Shown here piece by piece: positions 35,705 to 46,481 of a DNA stretch of 64,000 nt. The translations under genes and the position numbers were made by a program. Origin of the DNA: Candidatus Thalassarchaeaceae archaeon (lineage in GTDB: Archaea > Thermoplasmatota > Poseidoniia > Poseidoniales > Thalassarchaeaceae). Positions within the stretch are counted from its first letter, which is position 1, and each line of letters begins with the position of its first letter. The notes beneath the pieces were generated by a model, which saw only the letters and a program-made list of their open reading frames with translations, did no database searches and had not been told where the DNA came from. Location of the stretch: contig JASMKR010000042.1 in NCBI GenBank assembly GCA_030749075.1, positions 14,972 to 78,971 of the forward strand. Direction: 5' to 3'.

Positions 35705-36778
35705 GTGATGGCATCGGTGGGCTTTGACAGCGACGTGACTTGGAGCTATCTTGAATCAACGGACTACGTGTGGATAGTCATACTAATCGCAGTCACGGTG
35801 GGTCCGTTCATCGCGGCCGCCCGAAACGAGACGAGCATTGCTCTAGCCATGGTGCTCTCCCTGCTACTGGTAATGTTCGTCCAGTTCGCGCTCTCTACAT
35901 TCGACTCCGAGTTATTCGGTTTCGAGCCCATTCACCTGTTCAGCGTTATTCCAGTGATATTTACGGATTCATCTACTGCTGGGAATCCTTCCCAGTTCCA
36001 TCGCATCTTCACAGCCGCTTGGCTGCACGCTGACTGGATTCACGTTCTTGGAAACGTCCTGGTAATCGCCCTCGCTGGAGTGCCACTGGAGCAGCGTCTG
36101 GGGGCGAGGAGATGGATCGCGGTGTATATGCTGGGTCTCGTCGGAGGGAACTTGGCGTGGATTGCATCGCACCCCCAATCAGGGGTACCGGCTATCGGAG
36201 CGAGCGGTGCTGCATTTGGCATCCTGGGGGCGTACATGGCCTGCTGGCCGGAGGACAAGATCGAGTTCCCCCTATTATTCCTGATTCGAGCATGGCCAGT
36301 CTGGCTGATCGCCTTCGTACGTCTTGGGTTGGAGGTCTTCCAGATGTACTCCATCCAGACCGGAACCGCGGGGGAGACGAACATCGCCCATATGGCCCAC
36401 GTTGGTGGATTCTTCCTCGCCTATGCCCTAGCAAGACCGATTGCAAAGGGTGCTCCGAGTGCATTGGACGGATCCAGCCAACCGGCGACAGGGGCTTCAC
36501 GTGCTGAGGCCATCAGGAACCAGGCAACGGCACGAATGAGGGGTTTGGAAGGCGATCCGTGGACCGAGGCAGGTGAACCCCTACAAGGCCAAGCTGCCAG
36601 AATCATCTCTAAGCTTCGAGAGGAAGGTGACGAGTTGGAGACCAGGAGGGCGTGGCTCGAGGAACTTGCCGAGCACACTATCTGCCCCGTCTGCGGGGGA
36701 GAGGTGCTGCCAATTGTGGACAGGGGGGTATGCGAACTCAGGTGCGGAGTTTCTGCTCGGCACATGAGGTGGCCATAA
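35705..36778 (+). CDS. rhomboid-family intramembrane serine protease with a C-terminal C4 zinc ribbon
   Basis: WLHADWIHVLGN, catalytic GASGAAFGILGAY and HMAHVGGF. The tail carries CPVCGG-x12-CELRCG. Confidence 0.85.
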   Translation: MMASVGFDSDVTWSYLESTDYVWIVILIAVTVGPFIAAARNETSIALAMVLSLLLVMFVQFALSTFDSELFGFEPIHLFSVIPVIFTDSSTAGNPSQFHRIFTAAWLHADWIHVLGNVLVIALAGVPLEQRLGARRWIAVYMLGLVGGNLAWIASHPQSGVPAIGASGAAFGILGAYMACWPEDKIEFPLLFLIRAWPVWLIAFVRLGLEVFQMYSIQTGTAGETNIAHMAHVGGFFLAYALARPIAKGAPSALDGSSQPATGASRAEAIRNQATARMRGLEGDPWTEAGEPLQGQAARIISKLREEGDELETRRAWLEELAEHTICPVCGGEVLPIVDRGVCELRCGVSARHMRWP

Positions 36779-36829
36779 CGATGCGAGCCTAGTACCGCCA
36801 GAGGTTGGAATTATACCGAGCGTGACTTT

Positions 36830-36846
36830 GGCTCTCTAAGAGAGCC
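36830..36846. promoter_or_regulatory. perfect 7-bp inverted repeat (GGCTCTC-TAA-GAGAGCC) abutting the start codon of the giant S8 protease gene
   Basis: Read directly from the sequence. It ends at -1 relative to ATG 36847, and a TATA-like TTATAC lies about 20 nt upstream. Confidence 0.3.
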
Positions 36847-39800
36847 ATGCGTGACAGAGCGTCTCCGTTCATGCCACTCATAGCCGCATGCATGGTCATC
36901 GCCCTCGACCTCTCGGTGGGGGCCGTCGCGAGCATCCATCCTGCGGGAGGTCTAGATGACGTGTCTTCAGAGCCCCGCTCCATCGATCCCCCTACCCTAA
37001 TGTGCGGCCTTGAACCGTGCCCCCCCAAGGACAGGCTCCCGACCCACTCACCGCTCGACGCGGGACCTCAGGTCCAAGAATTTGGATGGTGGCTAGAATT
37101 CTGGTCGGACGCGGATAACAATGGGATGGACGACAGGCTCCAACTAATTCTCTCTGGGCAGAGGGAGTCGGTTTCCAAGACTGCCGTTACGGGGGATGAC
37201 GGCCTCCTAACCGTCGCAATCATCGTCCATTACGCCTGGCACCCCGGTCCCTCTGACACCACTGCACTCGTTGACGTGATTTCGGCACATGGCTGGGCAG
37301 ACGAGAGCTCATGGTTCATGCCCATGGACCACCTAGATGCCATAGTCCTCGACCATGTTCCCGTCAGCGCTCTGATTGATGTTTGGGGGCTAGATGGGGT
37401 AATTCTTGTAGAGGAGCAGAACGTCATCGTGCCATATCTGGACAAGGCGACTCGGGGTTCCAAGGTGAGGACTTCCGGAGTCTATGATGATGCCCTCAGG
37501 GCAATAGGGTACTCAGGGTCGGGAATTGTCATTGCAATCGTCGACACCGGAGTTGACAACGAGCACTTCTCCTTAGACGACTTCTCAGATGAAAACCACG
37601 ACAACACGAAGGATCCCGACGATCTGCCCGACCCTAAATGGGTCGCTGGGTGTGATGCAACAGGAGTCGGTCAGTCTGGTTGCAATGAGGAGGACCCGGA
37701 CGACGGTGATGGGCATGGCACTCATGTCGCTGGCATCGCTCTGGGAACCGGTGACTGGACGCGCATCAATCAGGGCTATGCCCCGGGGTCGTACCTCGTG
37801 GACGTCAAGGTCATGGAGGACTATGGGGGCGGGAACTCACAGTCCATCCTAGCCGGCCTACAGTGGGTAATCAACAATCACGAGAGGGATTGGGGCAACA
37901 ACGAGTCGAGCAAGGGCATAGAGGTCGTCTCCATGTCCTTCGGCCGACAGAGCACCCCCGGCAGTGACGACAGCGGGGACGACGGTACTTCCGCCGAGGC
38001 TCAACTCGTCAACCAGGCCTCTGAAGAGGGACTGGTCTGCGTGGCAGCAATCGGTAATGATGGGACGAACAACGTCAATTCCGTTGGCGCGGCCGACACC
38101 GCCATCACTGTGGGCTGGTTGGACGACAAGAACACCATCGACAGAGGAGATGACTCGATCTCAAGCAGTTCCAGTTACGGGCCTAGGGAGGATGACGGGG
38201 ACGGGGACTCGTACGACGAGCTGAAGCCATGGGTAGTCGCACCCGGTTCGAACATCAACTCGGCTAAGCATGGCGAGTCGAGCAGCATCCTCCCTGGATC
38301 CGAGAATAACAGGGCGTCGGACGACTACACTTCGCTTTCAGGATCCAGCATGTCAACCCCGGCGGTTGCGGGTATGGTTGCTATTATGCTGGAGATTGGG
38401 GAAGTGCGTGGGTTCGATTTCATGAAAGACGGAAAGGGACCATGGAGAAGTGAGGCAATCATGGACTATCTCATGATGCATTCTGAATCCAGAGGGGAGG
38501 AAACCGAGGAGCACCGGGGAGAGAGCTGGAACAGGAAATATGGATTCGGGATTATCGATGGCGGGATGGTCGCGAACGGGATGCTAGGGGTGGAGCAAAA
38601 CGGTAGCGGCGATGGCCCCGTTCCCCCGCTAAGCGGGCACTGGGTAGAAATTGAGAGTCCACGGAGATTCTCCTGGGTTATCCAAGAAGAAGCCTACAAC
38701 CTCCGTGGACATATTAACGAGCATGGAGAAGCAAACGGCTCCATTGAGGAGATTCTGGTCAAGATTGAGTACAAATTCAAACCCGGTCCGAACGACCCTG
38801 TTTCAACGGCCACTCTTTTGGGATGGCACAATCCGATTGCTCTAGCAGGAGAATCAGCATCTGGGATTGCCAACTGGACGACTTCATTCACTGTTCCTTC
38901 ATTCTCAGAAGATTTCAGCAATCTAGAGCTCATCGCCAAGGTCTCCGCGCGGAACGAGATAGGCCAGTGGAGCAACCTGACTGAGATAGCATATCCCATC
39001 GGGACTGTCAACATCACACTGAACTCCCCCAGCGGACAAAATTCCCTTAGTGACGTGGTAAGGGTCTCTGGGAGATTCCAATCGGTCGGAAACGCGACAA
39101 TACAATGGAGGTTGGATACTGATGATTGGGTCGATGCGGCTACCTACGATGACGGTCTTTGGGATTCCCATGACATTGAGCACGCCTCTAGCCCAGAGGA
39201 CTCAGAGGGCTACTCAAATCCGGCTTGGCGAGGTCACAAATATTGTGCTCACCAATTCAAGGAATGGCAAAGTTCCTCTTCTGGTGGTTCGTGTGATGAT
39301 GAAGACGATGGGTGGGAGGATTGGTATTTCGACTGGGACAGCAACCAAGTCAAGGATGGGGAATACAGGATTTCTGTGAGGATGCTGAGCGCTACTGGGG
39401 TCTTTGCAGAGGAAGTTCGAAGGATTATCACGGTTGACAACATCCCCCCTACGCCAGACCTGGTATTCGTGAGCAAGTCAATCTCCGTTCAGGAGTTTGG
39501 CATCCCCATGTCAGAGGCATACGTGAACACCTTCCTAGAAGTGAGGGCGACGGTGAGGAACACAGGGGACAAGGCGGCCAACGATGTCGGCATTATTCTG
39601 GAGGAGGACGGGTCTAGGAAGGACGAGTATGTGATTCCCAACATAGACAGTGGTGGCTTCATCGACGTGGTTCTGTACTGGAACCCCTCTTCACCCGGCA
39701 ATCCCTCTATCGACATCATCATTGACCCTTTGAACACCATCGAAGAGATTGATGACTCGAACAACGGGCTATCTGCGTCGTTTCCCGTTCTGCCTCGGCC

Positions 39801-41805
39801 CGCCGGAGTCGACCTTGCTATCAGGGAAGGGGCAATTGCAACGACCCCTGTCGTTCCACGCCCGTTCGAGCAGATCCTAGTTGAGGCTCGCGTCGACAAC
39901 TTGGGGTCCAGCGACGCCACCGGCGTAGAAGGGTCACTAGAGATCTTGACGGATCGGGGTTGGGAGCAAGTCAGCACTGCAAGCGCTGCATTCGTTCTGG
40001 GAGGGTCTCATGCCCTGCTGTCATTCCTGTACATCCCCAACCAAACTGGCCCTCAGGACCTGCGGGTCAATGTCGTGGTAGAGGCTACGGATCTGGACTG
40101 GACCAACAATCTCCACCGAAAGACAATACTTGTCGATAGATCAACACTGACGGGGCCAAGGGAGGCCGAATTCAACGCGGGAGAGTCTCCAATTGAGATC
40201 ATCAACCTAGATGATGATGAGGGTGGCCTGGTCATCACAGAAAAGGAAGAGACGCTCTACTTGTACAAGCTCACACCGAACAAGGCCCTAGTAGAATGCA
40301 GCAACATAATGGAAGATCGGTGGTCGGGCGATATCGTAGTGAGAAGCACCGAGGATGGCATAGCCCACGTCGTTTGGACAAGGCGGTACCTCGACTCGAA
40401 TGGCTTCCTGATGCAGACCCTGAGTTATTCCACCATTGACCCCACATGCAAGATGACCCCGATTCAGGACCTAATGAAAGGCATTACCCTCTCGGATGGC
40501 AAGTATTGGGGAATTGACATGGATGTTATCGATTCTGAAATAATCGTGGCTGGCTACCACCGGGACCTCTTCACAGGCGGCACTATGGATGACGTAACGA
40601 ACATCTTCCTCCTCCACGCTGACGCGCCGACCTCTTCCACCGACTGGCACCTGAATCCCAGCATCATTGCTGAAATCGACGTACCACCGTCGACCTCTGA
40701 CTCACTTGCAATTGAGTTTGGCCACGAACGAGCGCACCTCCTCTATCAGACCACTAGAAACGATTCCACGGGCAAAGAGAGGCTAGGGCTGTGGTACGCG
40801 CACGGGCTAATCGAGCAAACGCCATGGTCCTACAAGAAGGCGGTTGGCGACGAGGCTTCGCTACCCCATATGACAGTGCTGGTCGAGGACAAGGAGGAGA
40901 GGATCGTGGCACTCTGGAGAGAGGGCGAGGCTCGGGACTCCGAACTTCTGGCAATAGTTGCTGATGCGACCTTCGAGTCCATGAATGGCTTGGAGGAACG
41001 ATTACCTGCGAGAGGAATGGGCGGTATCGGCATTGTCGAAACAGGGCGTGGAATCCAAGTTCTCTATGACCATGTGGGACCATCGGGACCTCAGGTTGAA
41101 TATGGAATAATCGATCATGAGGACGGCTGGTTCGGACTATCAAACAAGATTTTGTCAGGTCAGATTAATGTTATTGACAGATCTCCAGAGATGGGAGAGA
41201 CAGTAATGCTGCTATCGTCCTCGAGCGGATGGCAGATACGGTCTCTCGTCGACGACGGGGGAGGGTCGATGAAGGGGCAGACCCTAATCGACCAAGTCAG
41301 ATCGTCCCTCGGGCTCGATGAGGCTAGCTTCGAGATTCTGGTGATTGGCGTAGCATTCGCCGTGCTAATTCTCGGTGCTGTAGCTTTGGTCTCACTTTCT
41401 GCTCAAGGAATCAGTTGGGCAAGTAGGAGGCGTGCAATCGAAGACGAAGGTGCCGTACTTTTGGAGGACGATGTGGTGGATTTGATTGATGCCTCTGACC
41501 TCTCAGTGAACTCCGGGGATGTGGAGCTTGTTCAGCCTCTGGAGCTCGAACTTGATTCCTCGGGAGCGGAGGTTAGGAAGGCTCGAAGGGAACGCAGGAG
41601 TGAGCCGGAGCCCGTTGCTGATTCCCCTGATTTGGAGGAAATAGGCACGAAGCCCCCACCGATCATGTCGGTTGAGATGTTGGGTTCTTCCTCGGCACCG
41701 GTGAGCAGGCCCGCCGTGTGCAGCAACTGTGGGGGGCGATTCGTAATCAGTACTAAACTCAGTTCGACCAAATGCCCGATTTGCCATGAGAGAGTCCATC
41801 TCTGA
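36847..41805 (+). CDS. giant (1652 aa) secreted subtilisin-like S8 serine protease with a C-terminal TM anchor and a cytoplasmic zinc-ribbon tail
   Basis: Signal-like N-terminus. Catalytic triad motifs VDTGVD, HGTHVAGI and SGSSMSTPAVAGM. CARDB-like segment VRNTGDKAAN. TM helix ILVIGVAFAVLILGAVALV, then an acidic tail ending CSNCGG-x14-CPIC. Confidence 0.85.
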   Translation: MRDRASPFMPLIAACMVIALDLSVGAVASIHPAGGLDDVSSEPRSIDPPTLMCGLEPCPPKDRLPTHSPLDAGPQVQEFGWWLEFWSDADNNGMDDRLQLILSGQRESVSKTAVTGDDGLLTVAIIVHYAWHPGPSDTTALVDVISAHGWADESSWFMPMDHLDAIVLDHVPVSALIDVWGLDGVILVEEQNVIVPYLDKATRGSKVRTSGVYDDALRAIGYSGSGIVIAIVDTGVDNEHFSLDDFSDENHDNTKDPDDLPDPKWVAGCDATGVGQSGCNEEDPDDGDGHGTHVAGIALGTGDWTRINQGYAPGSYLVDVKVMEDYGGGNSQSILAGLQWVINNHERDWGNNESSKGIEVVSMSFGRQSTPGSDDSGDDGTSAEAQLVNQASEEGLVCVAAIGNDGTNNVNSVGAADTAITVGWLDDKNTIDRGDDSISSSSSYGPREDDGDGDSYDELKPWVVAPGSNINSAKHGESSSILPGSENNRASDDYTSLSGSSMSTPAVAGMVAIMLEIGEVRGFDFMKDGKGPWRSEAIMDYLMMHSESRGEETEEHRGESWNRKYGFGIIDGGMVANGMLGVEQNGSGDGPVPPLSGHWVEIESPRRFSWVIQEEAYNLRGHINEHGEANGSIEEILVKIEYKFKPGPNDPVSTATLLGWHNPIALAGESASGIANWTTSFTVPSFSEDFSNLELIAKVSARNEIGQWSNLTEIAYPIGTVNITLNSPSGQNSLSDVVRVSGRFQSVGNATIQWRLDTDDWVDAATYDDGLWDSHDIEHASSPEDSEGYSNPAWRGHKYCAHQFKEWQSSSSGGSCDDEDDGWEDWYFDWDSNQVKDGEYRISVRMLSATGVFAEEVRRIITVDNIPPTPDLVFVSKSISVQEFGIPMSEAYVNTFLEVRATVRNTGDKAANDVGIILEEDGSRKDEYVIPNIDSGGFIDVVLYWNPSSPGNPSIDIIIDPLNTIEEIDDSNNGLSASFPVLPRPAGVDLAIREGAIATTPVVPRPFEQILVEARVDNLGSSDATGVEGSLEILTDRGWEQVSTASAAFVLGGSHALLSFLYIPNQTGPQDLRVNVVVEATDLDWTNNLHRKTILVDRSTLTGPREAEFNAGESPIEIINLDDDEGGLVITEKEETLYLYKLTPNKALVECSNIMEDRWSGDIVVRSTEDGIAHVVWTRRYLDSNGFLMQTLSYSTIDPTCKMTPIQDLMKGITLSDGKYWGIDMDVIDSEIIVAGYHRDLFTGGTMDDVTNIFLLHADAPTSSTDWHLNPSIIAEIDVPPSTSDSLAIEFGHERAHLLYQTTRNDSTGKERLGLWYAHGLIEQTPWSYKKAVGDEASLPHMTVLVEDKEERIVALWREGEARDSELLAIVADATFESMNGLEERLPARGMGGIGIVETGRGIQVLYDHVGPSGPQVEYGIIDHEDGWFGLSNKILSGQINVIDRSPEMGETVMLLSSSSGWQIRSLVDDGGGSMKGQTLIDQVRSSLGLDEASFEILVIGVAFAVLILGAVALVSLSAQGISWASRRRAIEDEGAVLLEDDVVDLIDASDLSVNSGDVELVQPLELELDSSGAEVRKARRERRSEPEPVADSPDLEEIGTKPPPIMSVEMLGSSSAPVSRPAVCSNCGGRFVISTKLSSTKCPICHERVHL

Positions 41806-41814
41806 GGTTCCACG

Positions 41815-42456
41815 ATGCCGGTGGTCCTTCTTGCCTCTGCCTCGGCGCGACGGCGTGCATGGCTCTCGGAGAAATTGATAGGTACGGGTGCGACATTGGA
41901 GATGGCTTCCCTTCTTACTCCGGAGATTCCTCCTTCGCCCGGATCGGAAGTCAGAGTGCAGGTTGAGGAAACGTGCCTTTCGAAGGCCCGTGCCGCAGTG
42001 ATGGAACTGACGGTTGAGGACCCATACAAATTGCCTGACTACACGCTCGTGGCAGACACCCTGGTAGAGGATCCTGATGACTTCAAAGTTCCTCTGGGGA
42101 AGGCTCCGAGCAAAGCTAGTGCAACAGCCGCACTGCTCAGGCTCTCTGGTAGAAGGCACAGAGTCTGGTCTTCCACGGCAATCATATATCCACCGAACGA
42201 ATCCCGGGGCACTGAGATGCTTGAGGGTGGTTGGACAGCAGACGTTTGGACTGAGTCCTCCATCGTCGAGTTCGATGAGATGGGCGACGAGAGAGTAATG
42301 GAGTTGATAGAAAGCGAATCCTGGAAGGGGAAGGCGGGAAGCTACGACATGGCTGGCGAGGCACGCTCAAATCTTGAACTAGTTGAGGGGGAGGAGGTGA
42401 CGGTTTTGGGCTTCGCACCAAATGCCATCGAATTCCTCATTAGAATGATCAGTTAG
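41815..42456 (+). CDS. maf: Maf-like nucleoside triphosphate pyrophosphatase
   Basis: LLASASARRRAWL N-terminus and GKAGSYDMAG near the C-terminus. Confidence 0.75.
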   Translation: MPVVLLASASARRRAWLSEKLIGTGATLEMASLLTPEIPPSPGSEVRVQVEETCLSKARAAVMELTVEDPYKLPDYTLVADTLVEDPDDFKVPLGKAPSKASATAALLRLSGRRHRVWSSTAIIYPPNESRGTEMLEGGWTADVWTESSIVEFDEMGDERVMELIESESWKGKAGSYDMAGEARSNLELVEGEEVTVLGFAPNAIEFLIRMIS

Positions 42457-42950
42457 ACGAATACAACGCCACCGTGCTTGAGGACAAAGTCTCGCTGGAG
42501 TTCGTCGAACCACTCCAGCATAGTCAGACTGAAACGCACGGAAGCGATTTCGGCGTCCGCCAATAGGTCATCCTGAATCCCTCTTAGTGTACCGGGAGCA
42601 GCGCCGCAGGATACGCAAGAGCCATCCAAGTCCAGAACCAGGGACAGAGCCGAGCCCCCACTGCGAACCTCCTCGATTACAGCCTCGGTGATTACCAATC
42701 CCCCCCCATGGCCATCCAGAGCAGCCCTAACCGGGCCCAATCTAGCCATCAGGGCAGGTACCAAGTCAGAGTCATCCCCCTCTACTAGGCCGATGAGAGA
42801 TAACGACTCGAGGCGTGTGATCTCGGCGGGATCATGTGCTTCTGAAACCCTCCTTTGAGATTCCTTCCGAATCACGGCCTCGATCTGAGCCCTGTAGGCC
42901 TCCTCTATGCTGTCTGAGGCAGGATTGGAAGTATTATCCCCCGCCTTCAT
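42453..42950 (-). CDS. NifU-like (Nfu-type) Fe-S cluster scaffold/carrier domain protein
   Basis: ALDGHGGGLVITE and GSCVSCGAAPGTL CxxC motif. It lies divergent from sufCBD. Confidence 0.7.
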   Translation of the reverse strand: MKAGDNTSNPASDSIEEAYRAQIEAVIRKESQRRVSEAHDPAEITRLESLSLIGLVEGDDSDLVPALMARLGPVRAALDGHGGGLVITEAVIEEVRSGGSALSLVLDLDGSCVSCGAAPGTLRGIQDDLLADAEIASVRFSLTMLEWFDELQRDFVLKHGGVVFV

Positions 42951-43044
42951 GATGTTCCGAGTTGGTAATCAGATTTTAGGGTGACCTAAACTTGAGCAGA
43001 CATTGAAAAGGGAGGCTGGTACGACTCTGTCAAATGGGTTCGCT

Positions 43045-43815
43045 ATGAGCAGAGGGGAGGCGCTTTTGGAGATTCGGGATCTGCACGCAGGAATAGATGG
43101 GGCAACAATTCTAAACGGCATAGATCTAACCATCAATCCAGGAGAAATTCACGCCATAATGGGGAGGAACGGCAGTGGCAAGACCACCGCTGCAAACATC
43201 ATAATGGGGCATCCGGACTTCGAGGTCGAAAAGGGAGATGTGCTGCTCTCCGGAGAAGACCTATTAGAACTCGAGCCGTGGGAGAGGGCACGCGCTGGGG
43301 TGTTTCTTTCCTTCCAGTATCCACAAGCCGTACCGGGGCTTCAGGTCGGAAACTTCCTCAGGAAGTCAGTCGCTAGCATCAGGGGCGAGGAAGCCGCGAA
43401 GGGGGCTGAGTTCAGAAGCGCAATGAAGGATGCCATGGAGACTCTGGACATTTCCCGCAGCTTTCTCTCAAGGTACGTCAACGATGGTTTCAGTGGAGGT
43501 GAGAAGAAGCGCTTCGAGATATTACAACTTCTACTGCTAGAACCGAAGTTGGCCGTATTGGATGAAACCGACAGTGGATTAGACATCGATGGAATCAGAA
43601 CCGTCGCTGCTGGAATCAACGAAGCTGTCAGAGAGACTGGCTCAGGGGCCCTAATCATCACCCACTACTCTAGGATCCTAGAACATATCCAGCCAGACCG
43701 GGTCCATGTCCTACTGGGGGGCAGGATAGTTGAAACAGGGGGTCCGGAGCTTGCCATGAAACTAGAAGAGCGAGGTTACGACTGGCTTGAGTCTGAGGCC
43801 GGGAAGGGAGACTAG
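43045..43815 (+). CDS. sufC: Fe-S cluster assembly ATPase SufC
   Basis: [23 protein letters not shown] and LDETDSGLD. Confidence 0.92.
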   Translation: MSRGEALLEIRDLHAGIDGATILNGIDLTINPGEIHAIMGRNGSGKTTAANIIMGHPDFEVEKGDVLLSGEDLLELEPWERARAGVFLSFQYPQAVPGLQVGNFLRKSVASIRGEEAAKGAEFRSAMKDAMETLDISRSFLSRYVNDGFSGGEKKRFEILQLLLLEPKLAVLDETDSGLDIDGIRTVAAGINEAVRETGSGALIITHYSRILEHIQPDRVHVLLGGRIVETGGPELAMKLEERGYDWLESEAGKGD

Positions 43816-43819
43816 CACA

Positions 43820-45232
43820 ATGCCAGCCAATCAGGAAGCAATGGATGCTGTGGGAGAGTACAAAGCCGGATGGCACGATCCGGAGAACTCGACTATTCGC
43901 TTCGATTTCGGACTCTCTGAGAAGGTCGTCAGGGACATTTCGGCCCTCAAGGGGGAGCCCGAGTGGATGACCGAGTCACGAGTCAAGGCATATCACCACT
44001 TTGTAGAGCGACCCATGCCAACATGGGGGAACACTCAGGTTCTGGGGGACATCGACTTCGACCGCATATGCTACTACCTGCGATCCTCTGAAGCAACCGA
44101 GAAGGACTGGGGCGATGTCCCCGAGGACATTCGCAACACCTTCGACAAGCTTGGAATACCTGAGGCGGAACAGAAATGGCTCTCTGGCGTTACCGCCCAG
44201 TACGAGTCGGAGGCAGTCTACCACAGCATCCGTGAGGACCTCGAAAAGCAGGGCGTAATCTTCCTCGATATGGACAGCGGTCTGAGAGAGTATCCTGATA
44301 TCGTCAAGAAGTGGTTCTGCTCCGTTGTCCCACTGACGGACAACAAGTTTGCCGCTCTAAACACCGCAGTATGGTCCGGTGGCTCATTCATTTACGTCCC
44401 GAAGGGGGTTCACGTCGAGATGCCCGTTCAGGCTTACTTCCGAATCAACGCCAAGAACATGGGGCAGTTTGAACGCACTCTGATCATCGCCGACGAAGGT
44501 AGCAGCGTGCACTATGTTGAGGGATGCACTGCTCCAACCTATTCAACCGATTCGCTACACTCAGCAGTAGTGGAACTAATCGCGCTGCCGGGTGCTCACA
44601 TACGCTATTCGACTGTACAGAACTGGAGTGCAAATGTGTACAACCTCGTGACCAAGCGAGGGATAGCACACGAGAATGCTAAGATCGAGTGGGTAGACGG
44701 TAACATTGGTAGCAAGCTGACAATGAAGTACCCGGCTGTGATACTAAAGGGCGAGGGGAGTCATGCAGAGGTGATTTCGGTGGCCTACTCCGGCGAGGGC
44801 CAGCATCAGGACGCTGGTGCCAAGATTCACCACTTGGCCTCGAACACCACCAGCAAGATTCTCTCGAAGAGCATCAGCAAGGACGGTGGGCGCGGCTCTT
44901 ACAGAGGGCTGGTCAAGGTCTCGCCGAAGGCCGAGAACTGCAAGCTCAACGTAATCTGCGACGCTCTAATCCTAGATGATAGGAGTCGCTCTGATACCTA
45001 TCCCACCATGGAGGTCGCCAATTCTACTGCTCACTGCGAGCATGAGGCGAGCGTGTCTAAGGTGAGCGACGATCAGCTGTTCTACCTAATGAGTCGCGGA
45101 CACTCCGAGCAGGAGTCCCTCGCGATGATCGTCAACGGCTTTTTCGAGCCCTTCACCCGCGAGTTGCCAATGGAGTATGCTGTCGAGCTGAACCACCTCA
45201 TGGCCCTCGAAATGGAAGGAAGCATCGGCTGA
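43820..45232 (+). CDS. sufB: Fe-S cluster assembly protein SufB
   Basis: Typical SufB length and motifs: [28 protein letters not shown] and the C-terminal LFYLMSRG. Confidence 0.92.
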   Translation: MPANQEAMDAVGEYKAGWHDPENSTIRFDFGLSEKVVRDISALKGEPEWMTESRVKAYHHFVERPMPTWGNTQVLGDIDFDRICYYLRSSEATEKDWGDVPEDIRNTFDKLGIPEAEQKWLSGVTAQYESEAVYHSIREDLEKQGVIFLDMDSGLREYPDIVKKWFCSVVPLTDNKFAALNTAVWSGGSFIYVPKGVHVEMPVQAYFRINAKNMGQFERTLIIADEGSSVHYVEGCTAPTYSTDSLHSAVVELIALPGAHIRYSTVQNWSANVYNLVTKRGIAHENAKIEWVDGNIGSKLTMKYPAVILKGEGSHAEVISVAYSGEGQHQDAGAKIHHLASNTTSKILSKSISKDGGRGSYRGLVKVSPKAENCKLNVICDALILDDRSRSDTYPTMEVANSTAHCEHEASVSKVSDDQLFYLMSRGHSEQESLAMIVNGFFEPFTRELPMEYAVELNHLMALEMEGSIG

Positions 45233-45241
45233 GGTGGGCGA

Positions 45242-46345
45242 TTGGACGCCGACACAGAGTACCTGTCGCTCGATGAGCCCGACAGGTCCAGCCATCTCTG
45301 GAGATACACGCCATGGCGCAGGGTCCACCCAACCGATGACATCGCCTGCATCCCTGACATAGGTCCGCCGACCTTGAGGATCGTCAACCTCGACGGCAGC
45401 GCTGCCCCAAAAGGAATCCGGCTGGAGGAGGGTTTGGCTTCCGCTTCGGGCCTCCCCGAGAGTGACGTCGTCACAAGATCATTCCTACAGGCGGCCTCGG
45501 TCGGTTCTAAGTGGACCATCAGCGTCGAGCCGAACTTCTCCTCGGACGGCCCGGTGGTTCTAGACATCGATGTGGGGGGTTCTCCATCAATTCTGCACCT
45601 CTCACTAGATGTGGGGAGATTTGCGGAAATTGAGTTGGTCACGCGCGTGAGCGGTTCCGGGGAGTGGTTTGGCCTTCTTCGTACAGGGGAGGTTGGAGAA
45701 GGGGCCGTGCTCAACGACGTGGTCGTCTGCCTGCAGAAAGAAGGGACCTTGCTCCGAGTCGATTCAATTGCGATTGGCAGGGACGCGCAGGTGCGTGCAG
45801 GGACTGTCTCTTCCGGTTCCGAGCGGACCAAGGCGGACCTGCGATACAGGATGGGCGAACCAGGGGGCAACCTCAGGGTCCTCGGCTCTGTGCTCTCTGC
45901 AGACTCGATGCACTTGGACCACCATGTTGAGATTCATCACGATGCTCCCGAGACTTTCAGTAGGCTCTCATGGCACTCCGCATGTGGAGGCGACAGCAGG
46001 ACCGTCGGGACTGGTATGCTCAGAGTCGCCGACGGCTCACGCGGGGCGGATGCCACTCAAATCTTCCACAATCTTCTCCTGTCCAAGGACGCTGAGGCAG
46101 ACTCTATCCCGGAATTAGAGGTCCTAGAGCACGAAGTCGTAGGTTGCGGTCATGGGACAGCCAACGGGCCCATAGACGAAGATCAGATGTTCTATCTCGA
46201 GGCTAGGGGGTTCGACCCCTCTGACGCAAGAGGCGCACTGATTGCCGCTTTCCTCAACTCAACTCTCTCCGAGATGGGTAGTGAGGCCCTGCACGTCTGG
46301 CTGGTCCGGCTACTGAACAGTGAATTGGAGTCATTAGGCGCCTGA
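45242..46345 (+). CDS. sufD: Fe-S cluster assembly protein SufD
   Basis: SufB/D beta-helix C-terminal region (HNLLLSKDAEADSIPELEV, QMFYLEARG) and its position after sufB. Confidence 0.85.
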   Translation: MDADTEYLSLDEPDRSSHLWRYTPWRRVHPTDDIACIPDIGPPTLRIVNLDGSAAPKGIRLEEGLASASGLPESDVVTRSFLQAASVGSKWTISVEPNFSSDGPVVLDIDVGGSPSILHLSLDVGRFAEIELVTRVSGSGEWFGLLRTGEVGEGAVLNDVVVCLQKEGTLLRVDSIAIGRDAQVRAGTVSSGSERTKADLRYRMGEPGGNLRVLGSVLSADSMHLDHHVEIHHDAPETFSRLSWHSACGGDSRTVGTGMLRVADGSRGADATQIFHNLLLSKDAEADSIPELEVLEHEVVGCGHGTANGPIDEDQMFYLEARGFDPSDARGALIAAFLNSTLSEMGSEALHVWLVRLLNSELESLGA

Positions 46346-46378
46346 CACATTGGAAATCGATTAGGTCGGAAGAATCGC

Positions 46379-46392
46379 TTTTTCACCCTTTT
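46379..46392 (+). terminator. T5 + T4 tracts about 35 nt after the sufD stop (candidate archaeal intrinsic terminator)
   Basis: CGCTTTTTCACCCTTTTCG read directly from the sequence. Oligo-T tracts are the known archaeal termination signal. Confidence 0.3.
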
Positions 46393-46481
46393 CGAGTCGG
46401 CGGTCCACCGAGTGGCCATAGGGTTACTGAGCCTGTTCGCATCGGAGTATCGGGCCCCTCCAAGGGTATGCGAACACGAGT

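Noticed and set aside
46346-46481. A 136-nt intergenic region after sufD as a possible small RNA or C/D-box sRNA locus.
   Set aside because: I could find no C (RUGAUGA) and D (CUGA) box pair and no convincing stable stem. The T-tracts are more simply a terminator, and the rest is the DUF2085 gene promoter.
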